Translations under genes and position numbers: made by a program | DNA from: Escherichia coli | GTDB lineage: Bacteria; Pseudomonadota; Gammaproteobacteria; Enterobacterales; Enterobacteriaceae | Reading direction: 5' to 3' (one strand) | Assembly (NCBI RefSeq): GCF_017639005.1 | Contig: NZ_CP067241.1 | DNA length: 32,000 nucleotides | The notes under the pieces: generated by a model | The model's database searches: none | Seen by the model: only the letters and a program-made list of their open reading frames with translations | What the model was told of the DNA's origin: nothing | Part shown: piece after piece, positions 24,318-32,000 of the stretch | Layout of the letters: each line of letters begins with the position of its first letter | Position numbering within the stretch: the stretch's first letter is position 1

Positions 24318-24908
24318 ATGACGGCGGAAGGTCACCTTCTATTTTCTATTGCTTGTGCGGTATTTGCCAAAAATGCCGAGCTGACGCCCGTGCTGGCACA
24401 GGGTGACTGGTGGCATATTGTCCCTTCCGCAATCCTGACGTGTTTGTTACCGGACATCGATCACCCAAAGTCGTTTCTTGGGCAGCGATTAAAGTGGATA
24501 TCAAAACCGATCGCCCGCGCTTTTGGGCATCGTGGTTTTACCCACAGTCTGCTGGCGGTATTTGCGCTGCTGGCAACCTTTTACCTTAAGGTTCCTGAAA
24601 GCTGGTTCATTCCGGCTGATGCGCTACAAGGAATGGTGCTGGGTTATTTGAGCCACATACTTGCCGATATGCTGACCCCCGCCGGTGTTCCCCTGCTCTG
24701 GCCATGCCGCTGGCGTTTCCGCTTGCCTATCCTGGTTCCCCAAAAGGGCAACCAACTGGAACGTTTTATCTGCATGGCATTATTTGTCTGGTCGGTATGG
24801 ATGCCCCATTCATTACCCGAAAACAGCGCTGTCCGTTGGTCATCGCAAATGATCAATACCTTGCAGATCCAGTTTCATCGGCTTATTAAGCATCAGGTTG
24901 AATACTAA
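24318..24908 (+). CDS. ydjM: SOS-inducible inner-membrane metal-dependent hydrolase-like protein YdjM
   Basis: I chose the ATG at 24318 (MTAEGHLLFS), giving 196 aa. The ORF track uses a GTG 4 codons upstream. The protein has multiple TM segments and His-rich motifs (DIDHP, GHRGFTHS). Confidence 0.9.
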   Translation: MTAEGHLLFSIACAVFAKNAELTPVLAQGDWWHIVPSAILTCLLPDIDHPKSFLGQRLKWISKPIARAFGHRGFTHSLLAVFALLATFYLKVPESWFIPADALQGMVLGYLSHILADMLTPAGVPLLWPCRWRFRLPILVPQKGNQLERFICMALFVWSVWMPHSLPENSAVRWSSQMINTLQIQFHRLIKHQVEY

Positions 24909-25040
24909 AAAGGCAAAAATCACCTTTCTGGAATAAGCAATTCCATTTGAATATAAGAGCCAGCTCACAGTTCTGTTAATCTTGCGCCAACACTATGACT
25001 GCTACGCAGTGATAGAAATAATAAGATCAGGAGAACGGGG

Positions 25041-26432
25041 ATGAACTTTCCATTAATTGCGAACATCGTGGTGTTCGTTGTACTGCTGTTTGCGCTGGCT
25101 CAGACCCGCCATAAACAGTGGAGTCTGGCGAAAAAAGTGCTGGTGGGTCTGGTGATGGGTGTGGTTTTTGGCCTTGCCCTGCATACCATTTATGGTTCTG
25201 ACAGCCAGGTACTTAAAGATTCTGTACAGTGGTTTAACATTGTTGGTAACGGCTATGTTCAACTGCTGCAAATGATCGTAATGCCGTTAGTCTTCGCCTC
25301 TATTCTGAGCGCGGTTGCCCGTCTGCATAACGCATCACAGTTAGGCAAAATCAGTTTTCTGACCATCGGAACGCTTTTGTTTACCACGCTGATTGCGGCG
25401 CTGGTCGGTGTGCTGGTCACCAACCTGTTTGGTTTGACGGCTGAAGGTCTGGTTCAGGGTGGTGCAGAAACTGCACGTTTGAACGCCATCGAAAGTAACT
25501 ATGTTGGTAAAGTCTCTGACCTGAGCGTTCCGCAGCTGGTCTTGTCCTTTATCCCGAAAAACCCGTTTGCCGATCTGACCGGAGCCAATCCGACGTCAAT
25601 TATCAGCGTGGTAATTTTTGCCGCATTCCTCGGCGTAGCTGCGCTGAAGCTGCTGAAGGATGATGCGCCGAAAGGTGAACGCGTCTTAACCGCTATCGAT
25701 ACCCTGCAAAGCTGGGTGATGAAACTGGTTCGCCTGGTCATGCAGCTGACCCCTTACGGCGTTCTGGCGCTGATGACCAAAGTGGTTGCAGGTTCTAACC
25801 TGCAAGACATCATCAAACTGGGAAGTTTCGTTGTCGCGTCCTACCTCGGTCTGCTGATTATGTTTGCAGTGCATGGCATTCTGCTGGGCATTAATGGCGT
25901 GAGCCCGCTGAAGTACTTCCGTAAGGTATGGCCAGTTCTGACGTTTGCCTTTACCAGCCGTTCCAGTGCTGCGTCTATCCCACTGAATGTGGAAGCACAA
26001 ACGCGTCGACTCGGTGTTCCTGAATCCATCGCCAGTTTCGCCGCCTCTTTCGGTGCAACCATTGGTCAGAACGGCTGTGCCGGTTTGTATCCGGCGATGC
26101 TGGCGGTGATGGTTGCGCCTACGGTTGGCATTAACCCGATGGACCCGATGTGGATTGCGACGCTGGTCGGTATTGTTACCGTTAGTTCCGCAGGCGTTGC
26201 CGGTGTCGGTGGTGGTGCAACTTTCGCCGCACTGATTGTGCTGCCTGCGATGGGCCTGCCAGTAACCCTGGTGGCGCTGTTAATCTCCGTTGAACCGCTT
26301 ATCGACATGGGCCGTACGGCGCTAAACGTTAGTGGCTCGATGACCGCTGGCACGCTGACCAGCCAGTGGCTGAAGCAAACCGATAAAGCCATTCTGGATA
26401 GCGAAGACGACGCCGAACTGGCACACCGTTAA
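25041..26432 (+). CDS. tcyP: L-cystine/sulfocysteine transporter, DAACS family
   Basis: The 463-aa polytopic protein is a full-length YdjN/TcyP match. The SD GGAGAA lies 5 nt upstream. Confidence 0.95.
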   Translation: MNFPLIANIVVFVVLLFALAQTRHKQWSLAKKVLVGLVMGVVFGLALHTIYGSDSQVLKDSVQWFNIVGNGYVQLLQMIVMPLVFASILSAVARLHNASQLGKISFLTIGTLLFTTLIAALVGVLVTNLFGLTAEGLVQGGAETARLNAIESNYVGKVSDLSVPQLVLSFIPKNPFADLTGANPTSIISVVIFAAFLGVAALKLLKDDAPKGERVLTAIDTLQSWVMKLVRLVMQLTPYGVLALMTKVVAGSNLQDIIKLGSFVVASYLGLLIMFAVHGILLGINGVSPLKYFRKVWPVLTFAFTSRSSAASIPLNVEAQTRRLGVPESIASFAASFGATIGQNGCAGLYPAMLAVMVAPTVGINPMDPMWIATLVGIVTVSSAGVAGVGGGATFAALIVLPAMGLPVTLVALLISVEPLIDMGRTALNVSGSMTAGTLTSQWLKQTDKAILDSEDDAELAHR

Positions 26433-26435
26433 TTC

Positions 26436-27239
26436 TTATGCTGGCAACGGTCCGTTTTGTATAGGGACCGTTGCCTTACTTTTTAAATGTTCCATCGCGG
26501 CGATGCATACTGACTCATATTGAAACAGATCGTCAGCGAAAAAAATGGCCAACTTATCAATACATTCCTGGCTCAATGAATGTGCCTGTAGCGAGAAGCT
26601 TAAAACCTCATACCCGAGACGTTTTCTAAGTGAACTATCTGGAATACTCATAATATCTTCAAGCACACCATTTCCTATTCCCGGAAGATTTAGTGGATTA
26701 AAAAGAAGACTGATATTAAGCATTGATATTATCGAAGGAAACTTTAGGAGACTCTCATTTTTTTGAATCGCAGCAAAAATGCTCCCGACAGGATGTATAT
26801 AATTTTGTTCATAGTATATAGTCCTTAAATAGTGAATAACCAACCTGTTTTTTATATTGATCAAATTGGTCATTTTTTCTGGGCGAAATACAGAAGTGAC
26901 ATCCATTCCAATAAAATCTTTATTTATACCTCTTATCCGAATTTCACTACCATAAAGATTATTAATTATTACTCTATATTTAACATTGTCCTGCAGATAT
27001 GTATCAAAACTAAGTGCTGGCGCTCCTGGCTTTGAGGCATCATAGTTAATGTTAGACATATAGGCAATCATATAATTAAAGTTTGATTCTGCTATTTCAT
27101 CGCAGTCACATTGACCCGTTGATATAAAGAAAGTGAGTGCTGTCATAGTAGACTGCAGCCTTTCTTTAAAAGAGTCGAAAGCCAGGCTTTTAATATTTAA
27201 ATCACCATAATTACTCTGTATTAAGTTTGTAGAAAGCAT
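26436..27239 (-). CDS. ydjO: Orphan protein YdjO, function unknown
   Basis: The ORF is AT-rich. I prefer the start at MLSTNLIQ (27239) because GAGG lies 6 nt upstream. The track ORF starts at 27251 with no SD. I recognise no motif in the protein. Confidence 0.8.
   Translation of the reverse strand: MLSTNLIQSNYGDLNIKSLAFDSFKERLQSTMTALTFFISTGQCDCDEIAESNFNYMIAYMSNINYDASKPGAPALSFDTYLQDNVKYRVIINNLYGSEIRIRGINKDFIGMDVTSVFRPEKMTNLINIKNRLVIHYLRTIYYEQNYIHPVGSIFAAIQKNESLLKFPSIISMLNISLLFNPLNLPGIGNGVLEDIMSIPDSSLRKRLGYEVLSFSLQAHSLSQECIDKLAIFFADDLFQYESVCIAAMEHLKSKATVPIQNGPLPA
26443..26487 (+). terminator. Rho-independent terminator of tcyP, embedded in the ydjO 3' coding end
   Basis: An 11-bp perfect stem GGCAACGGTCC / GGACCGTTGCC has an 11-nt loop and is followed by TTACTTTTTAAA. 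It starts 11 nt after the tcyP stop. Confidence 0.8.
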
Positions 27240-27497
27240 CTCCCGCCTCATATTGTTAACAAAATTATTATCTCATTTAAATCTAAGTCATTTACAATAT
27301 AAGTTTAAGAGCGACGCCACAGGATGAACTATCAAAAATAGCTCATCATGATTAGCAAAACTTAACCATTTTAAAATAAATAAACAATTAAAGAAAAAAG
27401 TTCACTTATTTATAGCAATAGATCGTCAAAGGCAGCTTTTTGTTACAGGTGGTTTGAATGAATGTAGCAATGAAATACAAAATTTCAGGCCATGTAA

Positions 27498-27516
27498 CTC
27501 CCGACAAAACCGGGAG
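27498..27516 (-). terminator. Weak hairpin downstream of cedA
   Basis: CTCCCG-ACAAAAC-CGGGAG lies 12 nt after the cedA stop. No good U-tract follows. Confidence 0.35.
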
Positions 27517-27527
27517 GTACGTAATCT

Positions 27528-27770
27528 TTACTCAGTCACTTCCCCTTCCTGGCGGATCTGATTTGCCCAACGCTGGGCGGATTCAGGCACAGTAAACGCC
27601 GGTGAGCGCATAAATGACTCCCCCATCAGTACAAACGCAACATATTTGCCACGCAGCATCCAGACATCACGAAACGAATCCATCTTTATCGCATGTTCTG
27701 GCGGCGCGGGTTCCGTGCGTGGGACATAGCTAATAATCTGGCGGTTTTGCTGACGGAGCGGTTTCTTCAT
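27528..27770 (-). CDS. cedA: Cell-division modulator CedA
   Basis: The 80-aa form starts MKKPLRQQNRQ. The ORF track gives an 87-aa form starting at 27791. Neither start has a strong SD, so the start is uncertain. Confidence 0.85.
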   Translation of the reverse strand: MKKPLRQQNRQIISYVPRTEPAPPEHAIKMDSFRDVWMLRGKYVAFVLMGESFMRSPAFTVPESAQRWANQIRQEGEVTE

Positions 27771-27973
27771 TACTGGCTTCACTAAACGCATATTAAAAAT
27801 CAGAAAAACTGTAGTTTAGCCGATTTAGCCCCTGTACGTCCTGCTTTGCGTGTATTTCATAACACCGTTTCCAGAATAGTCTCCGAAGCGGGATCTGACT
27901 GGTGGTCTATAGTTAGAGGGTTTTTTGACCAAAACAGCGGCCCTTTCAGTAATAATTTAAGGAGACGAGTTCA

Positions 27974-30235
27974 ATGTCGCAACATAACGAAAAGAACCCA
28001 CATCAGCACCAGTCACCACTACACGATTCCAGCGAAGCGAAACCGGGGATGGACTCACTGGCACCTGAAGACGGATCTCATCGTCCAGCGGCTGAACCAA
28101 CACCGCCAGGTGCACAGCCTACCGCCCCTGGGAGCCTGAAAGCCCCTGATACGCGTAACGAAAAACTTAATTCTCTGGAAGACGTACGCAAAGGCAGTGA
28201 AAATTATGCGCTGACCACTAATCAGGGCGTGCGCATCGCCGACGATCAAAACTCACTGCGTGCCGGTAACCGTGGTCCAACGCTGCTGGAAGATTTTATT
28301 CTGCGCGAGAAAATCACCCACTTTGACCATGAGCGCATCCCGGAACGTATTGTTCATGCACGCGGATCAGCCGCTCACGGTTATTTCCAGCCATATAAAA
28401 GCTTAAGCGATATTACCAAAGCGGATTTCCTCTCAGATCCGAACAAAATCACCCCAGTATTTGTACGTTTCTCTACCGTTCAGGGTGGTGCTGGCTCTGC
28501 CGATACCGTGCGTGATATCCGTGGCTTTGCCACCAAGTTCTATACCGAAGAGGGTATTTTTGACCTTGTTGGCAATAACACGCCAATCTTCTTTATCCAG
28601 GATGCGCATAAATTCCCTGATTTTGTGCATGCGGTAAAACCAGAACCACACTGGGCAATTCCACAAGGGCAAAGCGCCCACGATACTTTCTGGGATTATG
28701 TTTCTCTGCAACCTGAAACTCTGCACAACGTGATGTGGGCGATGTCGGATCGCGGTATCCCGCGCAGTTACCGCACCATGGAAGGCTTCGGTATTCACAC
28801 CTTCCGCCTGATTAATGCCGAAGGGAAGGCAACGTTCGTACGTTTCCACTGGAAACCACTGGCAGGTAAAGCCTCACTCGTTTGGGATGAAGCACAAAAA
28901 CTAACCGGACGTGACCCGGACTTCCACCGCCGCGAGTTGTGGGAAGCGATTGAAGCAGGCGATTTTCCGGAATACGAACTGGGCTTCCAGTTGATTCCTG
29001 AGGAAGATGAATTTAAGTTCGACTTCGACCTTCTTGATCCAACTAAACTTATCCCGGAAGAACTGGTGCCCGTTCAGCGTGTCGGCAAAATGGTGCTCAA
29101 TCGCAATCCGGATAACTTCTTTGCCGAAAACGAACAAGCAGCATTCCATCCAGGTCATATTGTTCCTGGTCTGGACTTCACCAACGATCCGCTGTTGCAG
29201 GGGCGTTTGTTCTCTTATACCGATACACAAATCAGTCGTCTTGGCGGACCAAATTTCCATGAGATTCCGATTAACCGCCCGACCTGCCCTTACCATAATT
29301 TCCAGCGTGACGGCATGCATCGTATGGGGATCGACACTAACCCGGCGAATTATGAACCGAACTCGATCAACGATAACTGGCCGCGCGAAACACCGCCGGG
29401 GCCGAAACGCGGCGGTTTTGAATCATACCAGGAGCGCGTGGAAGGCAATAAAGTTCGCGAGCGCAGCCCATCGTTTGGCGAATATTATTCCCATCCGCGT
29501 CTGTTCTGGCTAAGTCAGACGCCATTCGAGCAGCGCCATATTGTCGATGGTTTCAGTTTTGAGTTAAGCAAAGTAGTTCGTCCGTATATTCGTGAGCGCG
29601 TTGTTGACCAGCTGGCACATATTGATCTCACTCTGGCCCAGGCGGTGGCGAAAAATCTCGGTATCGAGCTGACGGACGACCAGCTGAATATCACCCCGCC
29701 TCCGGACGTCAACGGTCTGAAAAAGGATCCATCCTTAAGTTTGTACGCCATTCCTGACGGTGATGTGAAAGGTCGCGTGGTAGCGATTTTACTTAATGAT
29801 GAAGTGAGATCGGCAGACCTTCTGACCATTCTCAAGGCGCTGAAGGCCAAAGGCGTTCATGCCAAACTGCTCTACTCCCGAATGGGTGAAGTGACTGCGG
29901 ATGACGGTACGGTGTTGCCTATAGCCGCTACCTTTGCCGGTGCACCTTCGCTGACGGTCGATGCGGTCATTGTCCCTTGCGGCAATATCGCGGATATCGC
30001 TGACAACGGCGATGCCAACTACTACCTGATGGAAGCCTACAAACACCTTAAACCGATTGCGCTGGCGGGAGACGCGCGCAAGTTTAAAGCAACAATCAAG
30101 GTCGCTGACAAGGGTGAAGAAGGGATTGTGGAAGCTGACAGCGCCGACGGTAGTTTTATGGATGAACTGTTAACGCTGATGGCAGCACACCGCGTGTGGT
30201 CACGCATTCCTAAGATTGACAAAATCCCGGCGTAA
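27974..30235 (+). CDS. katE: Catalase HPII
   Basis: The 753-aa large-subunit catalase has the distal His motif [10 protein letters not shown] and proximal Tyr motif RLFSYTDTQ. The C-terminal flavodoxin-like domain is present. The SD AAGGAG lies 8 nt upstream. Confidence 0.98.
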   Translation: MSQHNEKNPHQHQSPLHDSSEAKPGMDSLAPEDGSHRPAAEPTPPGAQPTAPGSLKAPDTRNEKLNSLEDVRKGSENYALTTNQGVRIADDQNSLRAGNRGPTLLEDFILREKITHFDHERIPERIVHARGSAAHGYFQPYKSLSDITKADFLSDPNKITPVFVRFSTVQGGAGSADTVRDIRGFATKFYTEEGIFDLVGNNTPIFFIQDAHKFPDFVHAVKPEPHWAIPQGQSAHDTFWDYVSLQPETLHNVMWAMSDRGIPRSYRTMEGFGIHTFRLINAEGKATFVRFHWKPLAGKASLVWDEAQKLTGRDPDFHRRELWEAIEAGDFPEYELGFQLIPEEDEFKFDFDLLDPTKLIPEELVPVQRVGKMVLNRNPDNFFAENEQAAFHPGHIVPGLDFTNDPLLQGRLFSYTDTQISRLGGPNFHEIPINRPTCPYHNFQRDGMHRMGIDTNPANYEPNSINDNWPRETPPGPKRGGFESYQERVEGNKVRERSPSFGEYYSHPRLFWLSQTPFEQRHIVDGFSFELSKVVRPYIRERVVDQLAHIDLTLAQAVAKNLGIELTDDQLNITPPPDVNGLKKDPSLSLYAIPDGDVKGRVVAILLNDEVRSADLLTILKALKAKGVHAKLLYSRMGEVTADDGTVLPIAATFAGAPSLTVDAVIVPCGNIADIADNGDANYYLMEAYKHLKPIALAGDARKFKATIKVADKGEEGIVEADSADGSFMDELLTLMAAHRVWSRIPKIDKIPA

Positions 30236-30243
30236 ATATGGAT

Positions 30244-30271
30244 AAGGTCACGCCCCCTGGGGAGTGACCTT
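30244..30271. terminator. Hairpin between convergent katE and chbG
   Basis: AAGGTCAC / GTGACCTT encloses a CCCC..GGGG inner helix. The flanking U-tracts are poor. Confidence 0.5.
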
Positions 30272-30281
30272 ACCACCTTAC

Positions 30282-31052
<771 letters not shown>

Positions 31053-32000
31053 TTAATGTGCTTTTTTAAGCTCTGCGATGCAGTCGGCAAAATTTGGCAA
31101 CCATTTCTCGTGCGCCAGAATCATCTCGCGTGCCAGCAGCTCAGCATCGCGATCGGAATGCACCAACGGACTAAGGTTTAGGGCCAGTAACACATCGTTA
31201 AACTCTCCGCTAAGTGCGGCGTTGCTGGCAGCAATCTCGAAGCCTTTAATGGTGTGAATCAGCCCCATCACTTTATCATCGAAATGCGTAATGCGCGGAT
31301 GTGGCGTCGCGCCATCGCGCCCCAGCGTACAGGTCATTTCTACCGCCCAGTCTGCCGGAATATTATCAATATGCCCATGATGCGGGATATTAACGTAATG
31401 TTCAGCTTGCTTGTCGTTGTAGATAGCGTTGATCACTTCGCACGCTGCATCAGAGTAATAAGCCCCACCGCGCTGTTCCAGTTCTTTCGGCTTAACTTTC
31501 AACTCCGGGTTTTTATATAGCTCAAAAAGTTGTTTCTCGACTTTCTGTACTACCTGCGCTCGTGCGCCGCCTTTGTAGTATTCGCCCATTTCAATAGCCA
31601 GCATCTCTTTTTGCTTGAAGTAATAAAGCAAATAAGAACACGGCAACAGATTCAGAGAACGAATTAAGCCTTCGCTAAATGGCAGATCGAAAATATTTTT
31701 AACGCCAGATGCTTTTAACTGCCCGGATGCCACACCATCAAGCAATTCGGCAAAGCGTGATTTGCCATTTACCAGCACATCTTTAATGAACACCATATGG
31801 TTGAGGCCGAACAGATCGATAGATAAATCATCGCTGTCTTTCAGCATCAGAACATCGCGAATAAACATCTTCATGCCTATCGGAATATTACACACGCCGA
31901 TAAAGCGTTTAAATCCGGTATGACGATAAACGGCTTCAGTGACCATTCCCGCCGGGTTAGTGAAGTTAATCACCCATGCATTCGGACAAAGTTCTTCGAC
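31053..32000 (-). CDS. chbF: 6-phospho-beta-glucosidase (GH4), C-terminal 315 codons; the 5' end lies beyond the right edge
   Basis: The frame is open from the stop at 31053 to the window edge. The track ORF starts at an internal GTG. The sequence EELCPNAWVINFTNPAGMVTEAV...CNIPIG matches the GH4 family and ChbF. Confidence 0.95.
   Translation of the reverse strand, partial: VEELCPNAWVINFTNPAGMVTEAVYRHTGFKRFIGVCNIPIGMKMFIRDVLMLKDSDDLSIDLFGLNHMVFIKDVLVNGKSRFAELLDGVASGQLKASGVKNIFDLPFSEGLIRSLNLLPCSYLLYYFKQKEMLAIEMGEYYKGGARAQVVQKVEKQLFELYKNPELKVKPKELEQRGGAYYSDAACEVINAIYNDKQAEHYVNIPHHGHIDNIPADWAVEMTCTLGRDGATPHPRITHFDDKVMGLIHTIKGFEIAASNAALSGEFNDVLLALNLSPLVHSDRDAELLAREMILAHEKWLPNFADCIAELKKAH

Noticed and set aside
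28055-30276. Several minus-strand ORFs of 64-139 aa inside katE, and a 168-aa plus-strand alternative-frame ORF at 29007-29513.
   Set aside because: They are alternative-frame or antisense ORFs within a securely identified 753-aa catalase gene, with no independent support.

Overview
This window is an Escherichia coli-type chromosomal core segment. Every large ORF matches, in order and orientation, the K-12 map interval ppsA-ppsR-aroH-ydiE-selO-ydiV-nlpC-btuDEC-ihfA-pheTS-pheM-rplT-rpmI-infC-thrS-arpB-yniD-ydiY-pfkB-ydiZ-yniA-yniB-hxpB(yniC)-ydjM-tcyP(ydjN)-ydjO-cedA-katE-chbG-chbF. ppsA and chbF are truncated by the window edges. I found no IS element, prophage piece, integrase, tRNA/rRNA, CRISPR array, REP cluster or multi-gene accessory island, and no insertion relative to the K-12 gene order as I remember it. 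I therefore do not see a convincing new multi-gene system and rate this as an ordinary, well-studied region. The allele set is not MG1655, because arpB is an uninterrupted 632-codon ORF and katE carries substitutions relative to the K-12 sequence I recall. Known regulatory elements are readable in the sequence: the pheM leader and attenuator, the AUU start of infC, the thrS operator hairpins, a TrpR operator at aroH, a Fur box at ydiE, tandem LexA boxes at ydjM and a Cra site at ppsA. Seven observations seem worth a second look: (1) the intact AT-rich arpB, which has an uncharacterised N-terminal domain plus ankyrin repeats; (2) a hairpin spanning the whole 62-nt ydiV-selO spacer that pairs the selO Shine-Dalgarno with a perfect anti-SD placed next to the ydiV stop; (3) a 31/34-codon upstream ORF whose stop overlaps the ydiV start; (4) the AT-rich orphan gene ydjO, whose last codons are the tcyP terminator hairpin; (5) ydiZ, which looks like an orphan GhoS-like gene; (6) an inverted repeat upstream of ppsR; (7) ydiE and selO converging tail to tail with only 3 nt between their stops. 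All functional interpretations of these are hypotheses.
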